This document shows, in pieces, positions 39,974 to 49,923 of a stretch of DNA of 64,000 nt (its first letter is position 1; each line of letters starts with the position of its first letter). Under the pieces are notes generated by a model. The model was given only the letters and a program-made list of their open reading frames with translations. It was not told the DNA's origin and searched no databases. The translations under genes and the position numbers were made by a program. The DNA comes from Verrucomicrobiota bacterium (GTDB taxonomy: Bacteria; Verrucomicrobiota; Lentisphaeria; JABSQK01; JAJFLO01), in contig JAJFLP010000113.1 of assembly GCA_021772635.1 (NCBI GenBank), positions 813 to 64,812 of the forward strand, in the 5' to 3' direction.

Positions 39974-40050
39974 TGGTAGCGGGTCAGGGATTCGAACCCC
40001 GGACACGTGGATTATGATTCCACTGCTCTAACCAACTGAGCTAACCCGCC
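39974..40050 (-). tRNA. tRNA-Met(CAT), elongator-like
   Basis: GGCGGGTTAGCTCAGTTGGTTAGAGCAGTGGAATCATAATCCACGTGTCCGGGGTTCGAATCCCTGACCCGCTACCA; cloverleaf with CCA end. Confidence 0.95.
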
Positions 40051-40217
40051 GAACACGTGTAACGTGGCGTGTATTGCGTGGTGCGTTTGACGATCACGGA
40101 TAAGCGTTGCGATATAAATAACAAGAATTCGCCTGAACGATACGCGAGGGGATAATCCAAGTGTCGGCTGAAATATCATCGGGAAAGTTATATCCGCAAG
40201 TAAGCGCGGTCGTCCCG

Positions 40218-40481
40218 TTAACGTCTTAACTTTAGCCGCTTTATGATGTCCAGATACCGCGTGTGCGCAGTGCGATCGAGGTACTTAAGCAATTTCCGTC
40301 GGCGATTCACTAACGCTATAAGCCCACGTCTTGAGTGGTGATCTTTCGGATGCTCCTTAAGATGTTCCGTAAGTTCCTTGATCCTCGCAGTAAGTACCGC
40401 GATTTGGACATCCGAAGATCCGGTATCCTTATCATTGACACCGTGCTTCTTGATAATCTTCGTTTTTGCTGACTTCTCCAT
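40218..40481 (-). CDS. rpsO: 30S ribosomal protein S15
   Basis: [32 protein letters not shown]. Confidence 0.98.
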   Translation of the reverse strand: MEKSAKTKIIKKHGVNDKDTGSSDVQIAVLTARIKELTEHLKEHPKDHHSRRGLIALVNRRRKLLKYLDRTAHTRYLDIIKRLKLRR

Positions 40482-40631
40482 ATAACTCTTCTCAGGGGTT
40501 CTCTTTGACTTCTCTTATAGATTAAAATAGGAAACTTTCGAATATAAGTACAACGGCCCAGTTGTCAATAGCTTGCCGAAGAGAAAAGTCGCAGGCGATC
40601 CGTATCCGGACGTATTATCCGTAAGGACGCG

Positions 40632-41642
40632 CTATTCATTGCTGAATTCTATCAGCGCTTCGAGTTTACGCATGGCGTTTCCGGAAGCGATTGACTCGCG
40701 GGCTGCTTCGACGGCCTGCGAAAAGTCCGTGTCGGCACCGGCAATATATATCGCGGCGGCACCGTTGAGTACCGCGATCTCTTGTCTGGCGCCGCCCCGA
40801 TTCTTAAGTATCTCGCGCAGTAAATGCGCGTTTTCCCGGGCATCGCCGCCTTTGATCACCTCGGGTGATTGGTAGCTTCCTATGTACGGTAGCGGGTCGA
40901 ATTCATATGTTTCAACTTCTCCGTTGCGCAACTCGGAGATCTGGGTTTTGTCAGTCACTGTAATTTCGTCTAAATGATCAAGACCGTGAACAATCAAGGC
41001 GCGTTCACACCCCAGTTTATTTAGGACTTCAGCGAATCGCGACGTCAGATTTTGATCGAACACACCCAGGACATGGCGCTTCGCACCAGCCGGGTTAGTT
41101 AGCGGTCCGAGCATATTGAACATCGTTCGAATCCCCAATTCCCGTCGCGGCCCGACCGCAAATTTCATGGCGGGATGTAAAGACGGTGCGAATAAGAATC
41201 CAATACCGATTGCCCGAATGGATTCACTTACTTTCGCAGGGTCGATATTAATGTTTACGCCAAGTTCGGCTAATACATCCGCGCTTCCACATTTACTGGA
41301 AACCGATCGATTCCCGTGTTTCGCTATCGGGACTCCCGCGCCAGCTGCTATAAACGCAGCCACAGTTGAGATATTAAATGTATTCGCACCGTCACCGCCG
41401 GTGCCGCAGGTGTCGACGATCGGTATAGCACCCGCGTCAATTGACGTTGCGTGCTTCCGCATGATCCGTGCTGCCGCTGTTATTTCATCCGTACTTTCTC
41501 CCTTCATTCGAAGCGCGACCAATAATGCACCGACCTGTGCCTGCGTGAGTTCACCCGTCATCAGCTGATTCATGATCGATTCCATCTCAGCTTGATCTAG
41601 ATCATTGCGCTTGGTTAACTTTTCGAGAATTTCTGAGAACAT
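40632..41642 (-). CDS. trpD: Anthranilate phosphoribosyltransferase
   Basis: DTCGTGGDG, NIST, KHGNRSVSSKCGSAD. Confidence 0.98.
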   Translation of the reverse strand: MFSEILEKLTKRNDLDQAEMESIMNQLMTGELTQAQVGALLVALRMKGESTDEITAAARIMRKHATSIDAGAIPIVDTCGTGGDGANTFNISTVAAFIAAGAGVPIAKHGNRSVSSKCGSADVLAELGVNINIDPAKVSESIRAIGIGFLFAPSLHPAMKFAVGPRRELGIRTMFNMLGPLTNPAGAKRHVLGVFDQNLTSRFAEVLNKLGCERALIVHGLDHLDEITVTDKTQISELRNGEVETYEFDPLPYIGSYQSPEVIKGGDARENAHLLREILKNRGGARQEIAVLNGAAAIYIAGADTDFSQAVEAARESIASGNAMRKLEALIEFSNE

Positions 41643-41649
41643 GGGAATG

Positions 41650-41683
41650 GATTTTCGATTGACGATTTTCGATTGACGATTGA
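41650..41683. repeat. 7-bp unit tandem repeat just upstream of trpD
   Basis: GATTTTC GATTGAC GATTTTC GATTGAC GATTGA. Confidence 0.75.
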
Positions 41684-41721
41684 GGCTGCAAGAATTTTAG
41701 AAATCGCAATGTCGTTCTGTG

Positions 41722-42345
41722 TCAGTTGGCCGGTACTGCCGCACCGCGGGCTGAGGCGATAAAATTCTTAACTTTCGTATGGTTCTTGATCCCTTTACTT
41801 TCTTCAACGCCTGATGATACATCGACTCCATACGGTTTTACGGTTCGAATGACGTCGGCAACGTTACCAGAATTCAAACCACCTGCTAGAAACACCGGTC
41901 TCACCTCGGCTGCTTGCCGAGCTAAATCCAGATCCCCAAGCTTTCCAGTTCCACCGTAGGTGTCGCCGGGTGTGTCAATCATCATAGTGCAACCGGGGAA
42001 TTGACTAAGTTTTTCCAAGTCCACGGTCGTTTCAAGTGAAACGGCCTTTATCACGTTGTCGAACCTTAAGTCGGCGACCTGGTCAGGGGATTCAGCGCCG
42101 TGCAGCTGCAATACATGTAGCCGACAGAAGAGAGCGATCTCGAGCATATCCTCATTTGGTTCATTGACGAATACCCCGACATTCTTCGCCTCCGATGGCA
42201 ACTTCATAATGATTTCACGAACTTTCGCCGGCGTAACGTACCGCGGCGACCCGATATGGAATATATACCCCAATAAATCGGCCCCGTTCTCAACCGCGAA
42301 CACTGCATCACTTAAATTGGTAATACCGCAGATCTTTACTTTCAT
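41722..42345 (-). CDS. trpF: Phosphoribosylanthranilate isomerase
   Basis: VKICGIT, QLHG, GGTG, LAGGL, DVSSGVE. Confidence 0.97.
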   Translation of the reverse strand: MKVKICGITNLSDAVFAVENGADLLGYIFHIGSPRYVTPAKVREIIMKLPSEAKNVGVFVNEPNEDMLEIALFCRLHVLQLHGAESPDQVADLRFDNVIKAVSLETTVDLEKLSQFPGCTMMIDTPGDTYGGTGKLGDLDLARQAAEVRPVFLAGGLNSGNVADVIRTVKPYGVDVSSGVEESKGIKNHTKVKNFIASARGAAVPAN

Positions 42346-42358
42346 GGCGACAGTGATA

Positions 42359-42398
42359 GTTGCTGAGTTGCTGGGTTGCTGGGTTGCTGGGTTGCTGA
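42359..42398. repeat. Five 8-bp tandem units upstream of trpF
   Basis: GTTGCTGA (GTTGCTGG)x3 GTTGCTGA. Confidence 0.85.
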
Positions 42399-42427
42399 AT
42401 AATAATCTACTTTACGTTTATCTAATC

Positions 42428-42610
42428 CGAGCCTGATCTATGCATCAATTTCGTTACGAGAGCTTTTAGCTGGCCTGAGATCCGTGAGTTACGAAGGTTG
42501 TACGGCTGAAGAAATATTGAAATATTTTAAGGTCGTACGTTCTTTGTAACTCATTTATATTAGGCCTGATACATGCTCGCAGTAGAAACTTTATGCATAG
42601 ATGAGGCTAG
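42428..42610. mobile_element. 183-bp hairpin MITE (family C, diverged copy)
   Basis: AGCCTGATCTATGCAT ... ATGCATAGATGAGGCTAG; shares TTCGT..CGAGAG and GCTCG.AG.AGAA with the 24.7-25.2 kb copies. Confidence 0.7.
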
Positions 42611-42619
42611 CCTGAAAAA

Positions 42620-43186
42620 TCAGATCATTTCGATAAAATTCTCCATAATTTTCCCGCCGTCCGGGGTCAATACCGATTCCGGGTGGAACTGTACGCCAAC
42701 TGTCGGGTGATCTACATGCCGAACCCCCATGATCTCTCCGTCATCGGCGTGGGCGATCACTTTCAGACATTCGGGAAATCGATCGCGATCCCCGACTAAC
42801 GAATGGTAGCGACCCGCTTCGAACGGGTTCGAGATGTTCTTGAATATCGGATCTCCATCATGTGTAATCTGCGATGTCTTACCATGCATGATTCGCTTCG
42901 CGTGGATAATAAAGCCTCCGAACACCTGGATAATAGACTGATGCCCGAGACACACGCCGAGTACGGGGATTTTACCGGAGAAGGCTCGAATCGTGTCGAT
43001 GCTTATACCGGCTTGATCAGGGGTACAAGGTCCGGGCGAAATAATCAACGCGGACGGCTTTTTATTCTCGATTTCGTCCACGGTTATCGTATCATTTCTG
43101 AACACATCGATTTCAACGCCCAACTTACCCATCTCTTGAACGAGATTGTAGGTAAACGAATCGTAATTGTCTATCATTATTATCAT
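42620..43186 (-). CDS. trpG: Anthranilate synthase component II (glutamine amidotransferase)
   Basis: IDNYDSFTYNL, SPGP, GVCLGHQ, QFHPES. Confidence 0.96.
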   Translation of the reverse strand: MIIMIDNYDSFTYNLVQEMGKLGVEIDVFRNDTITVDEIENKKPSALIISPGPCTPDQAGISIDTIRAFSGKIPVLGVCLGHQSIIQVFGGFIIHAKRIMHGKTSQITHDGDPIFKNISNPFEAGRYHSLVGDRDRFPECLKVIAHADDGEIMGVRHVDHPTVGVQFHPESVLTPDGGKIMENFIEMI

Positions 43187-43320
43187 GTTGCTGTCGTCTC
43201 TTTCGATATAAACGCTGAGTCTCGCGGCTCCGTTCGAATTTCCGGATAAAACAAGGGGTACAACGATAACTTTTCGCGTGACGATATTTTGATAACACCA
43301 GTGCGATCAGCGTAAGGGCG

Positions 43321-44826
43321 TCAGCGGAGTTTTGACTCGTTCTCCGCGAGTTCAAGCGCGCGCCGCATACCGTTACTTTTGTGTATCGTCTCCTGATACT
43401 CGTTTTCAGGCTGGCTATCATAAACGATTCCGGCACCCGCTGTCACTGTTGCCTTATTTCCGTTTAAGATAACTGTTCTGATCGTTATCGCCATATCCAT
43501 GACCTCTCCGCCATAGGCGATGTACCCGAGAGCCCCGCCGTAGGGCCCGCGCGGAATCGGTTCAAGCTCGTTGATAATCTCCATCGCCCTGACTTTGGGC
43601 GCACCCGACAGAGTCCCTGCCGGGAATGACGCTTTAAGTACGTCAATTGCGTCTAACCCTGAATTTATCCGACCTTCAACTTGCGATACCAAATGCATGA
43701 CGTGCGAATATTTCTCGACAGTCATATATTCGACCACATCCACAGAGCCGATCTCCGCAACCCGACCGAGATCGTTTCTCGCCAAGTCAACGAGCATCAC
43801 ATGTTCCGCCCTCTCCTTGGCGTCGGCGAGAAGGTCGGCGGCGAGCTCTCGGTCTTGTTGCGCGTCAATGCCGCGTGGTCGGGTGCCGGCAATCGGCCGG
43901 ATTTCAGCACGATCGTGTGTCACCCGCACCATTACCTCGGGCGATGAACCCGCGATTGCGCGAGTAGAGTCCAGTTTTAGAAAGTACAAATACGGTGACG
44001 GATTAACATACCGCAGAGCACGGTAAACGTCGAAAGCGGCGGCGCTAATCTTCGCAGTAAAATGCTGCGCGAGAACTACTTGAATTATATCTCCATCACA
44101 AATATAGCGTTTCGCCTTGCGGACCATCTCTCGATATTCTGCAGGTGTCATATTGGAAGACAAGTCCACGCGGCTTTCGCCATCCGGTTCAGCGAATGAT
44201 TCTTGCGTTCGATCGACGTCACCTGTCTCACTCCCGGTGGTTACGAGTCTCTCCAATTCTTCGAGTGATGATTTCCCATTTCGGTAAGCATCTGCTGGGC
44301 TCGGATAGTCGCCGATATGTGAACAGTAGATTAGCTTCACGGTTTTCTTTAAGTTATCGAACACCGCGAGTTGATCGGCAACCATAAAATGGGCATCCGG
44401 GAAAACGCCATCTCCGGGCATCACCTCACCGCACCGCTCGAAAAAGCGGACGGCCTCGAACGAGAGATAGCCAACCAGCCCACCGTAAAATCGCGGTAAC
44501 CCCGGGACTGATGCGACTTTTGAACTGCGCAGATATTGTTGTAACACGTCGATCGGGTTGCCGCTTAGTTCCTGACGTTCCTGGTTCGCGACGAGGTAAG
44601 CCTTCCCGCCTTCGATTATGAACTCCTTCGCGATATTCAGTCCAAGAATCGAAAATCTTCCCCAGCTCTCACCGCCTTCGACGCTTTCTAACAGAAAAAA
44701 TCGTTCTTGCTCGCTGAATCTCGCCGCGAGGGAGATCGAAGTTTCACGGTCTGCGGGAATCTCTTTCGTTAACGGGATTACATTGCAATCCGTCGCTAAT
44801 TCGGTGAATTGTTGTAGGGAAATCAT
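43321..44826 (-). CDS. trpE: Anthranilate synthase component I
   Basis: LLESVEGG, NPSPY, SSPE, PIAGT, EHVMLVDLARND, GTLSGAPK. Confidence 0.96.
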   Translation of the reverse strand: MISLQQFTELATDCNVIPLTKEIPADRETSISLAARFSEQERFFLLESVEGGESWGRFSILGLNIAKEFIIEGGKAYLVANQERQELSGNPIDVLQQYLRSSKVASVPGLPRFYGGLVGYLSFEAVRFFERCGEVMPGDGVFPDAHFMVADQLAVFDNLKKTVKLIYCSHIGDYPSPADAYRNGKSSLEELERLVTTGSETGDVDRTQESFAEPDGESRVDLSSNMTPAEYREMVRKAKRYICDGDIIQVVLAQHFTAKISAAAFDVYRALRYVNPSPYLYFLKLDSTRAIAGSSPEVMVRVTHDRAEIRPIAGTRPRGIDAQQDRELAADLLADAKERAEHVMLVDLARNDLGRVAEIGSVDVVEYMTVEKYSHVMHLVSQVEGRINSGLDAIDVLKASFPAGTLSGAPKVRAMEIINELEPIPRGPYGGALGYIAYGGEVMDMAITIRTVILNGNKATVTAGAGIVYDSQPENEYQETIHKSNGMRRALELAENESKLR

Positions 44827-44865
44827 AGTTGGTTCGATTTAGTAAGTTGGGCGACTGACAGGTTA

Positions 44866-46578
44866 TCAGCGGGGCAATTCGATTTTGAATTCAGTCGCCA
44901 AAGATCTCATTTTCTTCCGGAGCTCCGGTCTTCGGTGCTCAATAATTTGTCCCATTAAATGATATACTTTCTGCGATGCCCAGCGATGCGCCAATTCCGG
45001 TCCGCCAGCCGCGGCAGATTCTAGGTCAAGCCGTGTTATTAACTCCTCGGTTTTATGCTTTTTGCTTCGGCCGACCACACGCAGAGCTATCTCGCGGGTT
45101 CCCGCATTGGCTTTCCCATACACGTATAAAGGGCGGTTTCTAAAGAGATGCGGCAGGTTCTTGGGAAATATTTCCGGGGCACCAGTACCGCTGATATTGC
45201 ACGATAAGTCCACTACGAGAACCTCGCGTAACCCCTGTATCAATTGTAACAGTTCCTGATGTGACTTCTCAATTTTCTTCGCGTGAACGCTAAATCCGCG
45301 ATTCGTGTAAGATAGAAAATCCATTAGAAACCTATTCGATTCTTCCCCGGCGCTAAATCCGAATATCGAGCCGTTCGATAGATTGTCTTTCATCACCTTG
45401 CGTATGAGTTCGTTGTCCTCGAGCTTAACACCTGTAGTGGTATTTCCATCACTTATGAGAAAGATCAAATATGGCCGTAAGCGGTTCTTTCTAGTGGCTT
45501 TAACGAATGGCGCCAAGCTTGAATACAAATCCGTTTTTCCTGAAGACTTGAGATCGTTTACGAATTCGTCGGCCAACTGCAAATTGAATTCTGATCGCGG
45601 AGTCAAACTCGGAAATAAAGGGCTGGCGCGATCTCGAAAAGCAACGACATTGTAGTTGTCACCGGCGGCTAAATATTTCATTGCCAGTCTCAGGCCCTTC
45701 CGAAATTCGCGTAGCTTCTCGAAGGCTATACTATTGGATGAATCGACAAGAAACAATACGTCCTTCGGAATCGGCTCGATCGACGCGGCAGATTCGTTCG
45801 GCAATATCTCTACTTGAAAATATATCGTCCCGCGATCTTCATCGCGATAGACACGGATTGAGGTATCCAAGGCAGAATCCAACGACTTGATTTTTCGTGG
45901 CACCTCCGCGGTTTTGACAACCTCCGGGGAGACTTCAGGAAAAGTCGGAAGCCTGTTTTCAAACGCTGGAGACGCGCCGCTGGGTTTGGGTAATATATCG
46001 CGTTGGCTTCTGCGCCGAGGCGCAGTGTTTGTCTTCGAATCGATTCGTCGGTATGCTCCTGTCACATCCCCATTGATAATCGACGTCGGTGGCAATTCTG
46101 TTCTCCCAGGAATACGTTTTATCTTCGGAATCCTTCGCCGTTGGGCTTCGAGGCGTTCTTTCGATAAAGTATCTCCGTCTATTTTCAGGATGTCGGCGGG
46201 GTGCGATGACGGACGTTGCAGCGGTACGGTGTCACGCGAAAGCTGTTCAGCCGTTTTCCGAGTCAGCTTTGCGGAACCAGGATCAAACATTGGAGCGGGA
46301 GTCCGGGATACTGATTCTCTCGTTAGAAAACGGTCGAGGATCTCCTCGGTCTCCACCATGATCTCTCGGTTTAACTGCCGCGAATTATCGGCGTTTTCGT
46401 GTGTTAAATCAGCAAGGTCGATTGACTTAACCTGAATATTCCGCTGATCAGCCGCGGGGCTTCCGTAAAACGATCTAAATCTAATCCGCGCGGCTGCCTG
46501 CCACAGGAGCATATGAATCATAATAGTGATGAGTAGCGATGCCCCAACGTAAACCCATTTTCGATCGCGATCATTCAT
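44866..46578 (-). CDS. Membrane-anchored VWA-domain protein
   Basis: N-terminal TM helix; MIDAS DSSNS; GKTD; ISDG. Confidence 0.85.
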   Translation of the reverse strand: MNDRDRKWVYVGASLLITIMIHMLLWQAAARIRFRSFYGSPAADQRNIQVKSIDLADLTHENADNSRQLNREIMVETEEILDRFLTRESVSRTPAPMFDPGSAKLTRKTAEQLSRDTVPLQRPSSHPADILKIDGDTLSKERLEAQRRRIPKIKRIPGRTELPPTSIINGDVTGAYRRIDSKTNTAPRRRSQRDILPKPSGASPAFENRLPTFPEVSPEVVKTAEVPRKIKSLDSALDTSIRVYRDEDRGTIYFQVEILPNESAASIEPIPKDVLFLVDSSNSIAFEKLREFRKGLRLAMKYLAAGDNYNVVAFRDRASPLFPSLTPRSEFNLQLADEFVNDLKSSGKTDLYSSLAPFVKATRKNRLRPYLIFLISDGNTTTGVKLEDNELIRKVMKDNLSNGSIFGFSAGEESNRFLMDFLSYTNRGFSVHAKKIEKSHQELLQLIQGLREVLVVDLSCNISGTGAPEIFPKNLPHLFRNRPLYVYGKANAGTREIALRVVGRSKKHKTEELITRLDLESAAAGGPELAHRWASQKVYHLMGQIIEHRRPELRKKMRSLATEFKIELPR

Positions 46579-46826
46579 TCTAATACCTTCTTACTCAAGT
46601 GACACGGTTTGCAGTAGTCTCGGGCGGGCACGCAGACAGTGTCGTTTTTGGCCGACTTAGCAGTATTTTTAGTCGCGCACGAGAATCCAAAACAATATAT
46701 ACCGAACGCCTTGGAGTTTTCGAAATTCCAAACTTCAAGCGGTATGGTAATTGTACACGCTCGAACCTTTCGCGGGCGAGCTGGAGCAGATACAGTACGT
46801 AACACAAAACCCGCAAGCCTGACAAG

Positions 46827-46952
46827 TATACAACAAGCAGTACAATTTTCGGTCCGGATTAACCGAGACTCTCGCTTATACGGAGATGACTTCAAACCAA
46901 GTACGCAAGAAATATCGAACGATTTTTCGAAAACTCTAAGGCGTTCGGTATA
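46827..46952. mobile_element. Family A element (a second partial copy at about 46698..46745)
   Basis: TATACAACAAGCAGTACAATTTTCGGTCCGG ... GGCGTTCGGTATA. Confidence 0.75.
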
Positions 46953-46961
46953 CCATACAAC

Positions 46962-48314
46962 ATGATCAACAGAATTGATAAGAACCTAGACCCGGTCACC
47001 GCAGAAGAAAAGGCGGCCCACAAAATCGTGAAGATTTTGAAGGATCGCGAATTCGACGCATATATTGTCGGGGGCGCGGTGCGCGATCGGCTACTTGATC
47101 TCGACCCAAAGGAAGTCGATGTGACTACAAATGCGACTCCGGAGAGTGTTCAGGAAGTCTTTCCGCGGACATACGCTGTCGGGGCTAAATTCGGGGTTAT
47201 TGTCGTCCTCATTGACGAGGTGCAAATAGAAGTAGCGACATTTAGAGAGGATCGCGACTACACTGACGGGCGACATCCTGATACGGTGGTTTTCTCCGAT
47301 GCTGAGCATGACGCGAACCGGCGTGACCTGACGATTAACGCGCTATTATATGATCCGATCGAACGTGTGATAATCGATTATGTAGAGGGACTTCGGGATC
47401 TGGATCACGGTTGTATACGCGCGATTGGCGACCCCGATGTCCGTTTTAGAGAAGACTATTTACGCACGCTCCGAGCAATTCGGTTCGCGGCAAGATTCGG
47501 TTTCACACTCGATAATTCGACTCGTCTGGCAATTGAGCGGAATGCTCCTGAAGTCAACAAAGTAAGTGCGGAAAGAATATTCGAGGAATTGACGAAGATC
47601 CTCACGGGTCCCGCACCGGATATCGCGTTTCGCTTGCTGGATACGTGCGGACTGCTGAGGGAGGTCCTCCCGGAAATACAGCGAATGAAAGGTGTTCAGC
47701 AGCCCGCAGAATTTCATCCGGAAGGCGACGTCTGGGAGCACACGCTGCTTGTTCTCAAGACAATGGATCACCCGAATCCGAAACTTGCATGGAGCGCGTT
47801 GCTGCATGATGTGGGGAAACCACCGACATTCTGTATAAACGACCGGGGCCGGGAATCGTTTCCACTACATGCAAAGATCGGTGCCGAGCTGAGTGTAGAG
47901 ATTCTAAGAAGATTCAAATGCTCTCGGGAGCATATCGAAGCTGTTCGTGACGCTGTTTATTACCACATGTCTTTCGCGGAAGTTAAGAAAATGCGGCGAT
48001 CGACGTTACGGCGGCTTCTAGCCCGGGAAACATTTGAAATGGAACTGGAGTTACATCGTATCGACTGTTTATCCTGTCACGAAAAACTCGGAAACTATGA
48101 TTTCCTGATTAAAACGCGGGAAGAATTCGATAACGAGCCTCCGATCCCTGCACCTCTTTTGACTGGCCGCGATCTTCTGGAACGGGGAATCCCCGAAGGT
48201 CGCCGGATCGGGCTGGTATTAAAGGACGCCCTCGAACTACAACTTAACGATGATCTCACGTCGCGCGATGCTGCGCTAAGGTGGCTCGACGATCAGTTAG
48301 CGAAGGAAGAGTAA
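46962..48314 (+). CDS. CCA-adding enzyme / poly(A) polymerase family, HD domain
   Basis: VGGAVRD, DVTT, RRDLTINA, EDYLRTLRAIRF, HPEGDVWEH, LLHDVGK. Confidence 0.92.
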   Translation: MINRIDKNLDPVTAEEKAAHKIVKILKDREFDAYIVGGAVRDRLLDLDPKEVDVTTNATPESVQEVFPRTYAVGAKFGVIVVLIDEVQIEVATFREDRDYTDGRHPDTVVFSDAEHDANRRDLTINALLYDPIERVIIDYVEGLRDLDHGCIRAIGDPDVRFREDYLRTLRAIRFAARFGFTLDNSTRLAIERNAPEVNKVSAERIFEELTKILTGPAPDIAFRLLDTCGLLREVLPEIQRMKGVQQPAEFHPEGDVWEHTLLVLKTMDHPNPKLAWSALLHDVGKPPTFCINDRGRESFPLHAKIGAELSVEILRRFKCSREHIEAVRDAVYYHMSFAEVKKMRRSTLRRLLARETFEMELELHRIDCLSCHEKLGNYDFLIKTREEFDNEPPIPAPLLTGRDLLERGIPEGRRIGLVLKDALELQLNDDLTSRDAALRWLDDQLAKEE

Positions 48315-48348
48315 CCGAGAAGAGTCGCTCGCGCTTGGTATTTGTCCT

Positions 48349-49923
48349 ATGCACAAAGTAAAAACGTTTGTTAATATTTCGTCTGCTATGTCTGTTAACA
48401 GCATCGCGATATTTGCCAGCCGGCTGAGCGGGCTTTTGAGGGACGTATTGTTCGCCATGTATTGGGGAACCGGCAACGCGCTTGGTGCTTTTTTCTTCGC
48501 ATTCACTATCCCGAACCTGTTCCGGCGAATCCTGGGTGAAGGCGCTTTGTCGGAAGCATTCATTCCGGTCTTTACGGAGAAATTGACGAAAGGCAGTCGA
48601 AAAGATGCGTTCCGGCTAGCGAGTACGGTGCTCTCACTGGCGGTAGCTGCGTTAACTGTACTTGTCGCGTTTGGGGTGGGGTTTTGCCTCTGGTTACAGC
48701 CGCTGATGACGAGCGAATTCGCACAGTTGGTCCTGAAGGTGCTTCCGATTTTACTCCCATATACTATTTTCATCTGCGTCGTCGGATTATTCAGCGGAAT
48801 CCTGAACAGCCTTAACCACTTTTCTATACCCGCCTTAACCCCGATAATTCTCAATCTAGTGCTAATAGCGACAGTCGTTTGGGTTTGTCCCCGGCTTGGG
48901 CCTGACGATACACGAAGATTGCTCGGTCTGGCCATCGCTGTCCTCTTCGCTGGGGTCCTGCAGTTGATTGCGCTCCTTCCATCTCTCGCCAATTTTGAAT
49001 TTCAATTCCGATTCAATCTGAATTGGCGATCGGCAGAGATTAAGGAGGTATTTCGGTTACTAATTCCAGGGGTCTTCGGTGCTTCTATAGGCCAGATAAA
49101 CGTCCTATGCGACCGGTTATTCGCGGGATTCCTCGGAGGTTACGCCGTAACGTCATTGTATTACAGTGAAAGAATAATATACCTCCCTATCGGAGTATTC
49201 GGCGTCGCACTCGCGACGGCGTGTTTGCCGGAGCTATCGCGGGCTCACGCGACTGATCGGACGGAGGAGATGATTGAGTCGTTGTTCTTCGCTCTGCGCC
49301 AAATTATTTATCTGACTATACCCTGTGCCGTGTTCATAATCCTGCTGGCGCCGACGATTGTTGACTTGCTTTACCGCCGCGGGAGTTTCGACGATGCAAG
49401 CGCTGCGTATACGATCGCGGCAATATTGTTCTACGCCCCCGGGATACCTGCTTTTGCTGCGGTAAAGATAATAAGGACCGGTTTTTATAGCAGAAAAAAC
49501 ACAAAAACGCCTGTTCAGGTAGGATGCCTTTGCCTGATAATAAATGTCGTACTTAATGCAGTGTTAATCGGACCGCTACAACACCGGGGGCTGGCGCTCG
49601 CAACAACGATCAGTTCGTATGTGAATTTAATAGCTTTAACTGTCATCTTTGCGCAAAGCCTAAAACCCTTCCGTCTTCCGATACGAGAATTTTGTCTGTC
49701 AATATTGCGAATTCTAACAGCGATCTCAGGATCGGGATTTATAATATGGATTCTCGATAAACACGTTATATATTGTAGCGGTTACGGCATTGTCGATAAG
49801 CTTCTCGCGTTCTTCGTCCCGTGCTCCGCCGGGTTGTTAGCCTACATCGTGTTTACGCTTTCGATCGGATCGCCGGAACCCAGGGAATTCGCCGCGAGTT
49901 TAAGGAAGAAGTTCGATCGTTGA
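48349..49923 (+). CDS. murJ: Lipid II flippase
   Basis: SRLSGLLRD, IPNLFRRILGEGALSEAFIP, GFYSRKNTKTP. Confidence 0.95.
   Translation: MHKVKTFVNISSAMSVNSIAIFASRLSGLLRDVLFAMYWGTGNALGAFFFAFTIPNLFRRILGEGALSEAFIPVFTEKLTKGSRKDAFRLASTVLSLAVAALTVLVAFGVGFCLWLQPLMTSEFAQLVLKVLPILLPYTIFICVVGLFSGILNSLNHFSIPALTPIILNLVLIATVVWVCPRLGPDDTRRLLGLAIAVLFAGVLQLIALLPSLANFEFQFRFNLNWRSAEIKEVFRLLIPGVFGASIGQINVLCDRLFAGFLGGYAVTSLYYSERIIYLPIGVFGVALATACLPELSRAHATDRTEEMIESLFFALRQIIYLTIPCAVFIILLAPTIVDLLYRRGSFDDASAAYTIAAILFYAPGIPAFAAVKIIRTGFYSRKNTKTPVQVGCLCLIINVVLNAVLIGPLQHRGLALATTISSYVNLIALTVIFAQSLKPFRLPIREFCLSILRILTAISGSGFIIWILDKHVIYCSGYGIVDKLLAFFVPCSAGLLAYIVFTLSIGSPEPREFAASLRKKFDR

Noticed and set aside
27785..40337. Duplicated gene tails as DGR template/variable repeats
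   Set aside because: Differences are not adenine-specific on either strand, and no reverse transcriptase is present.
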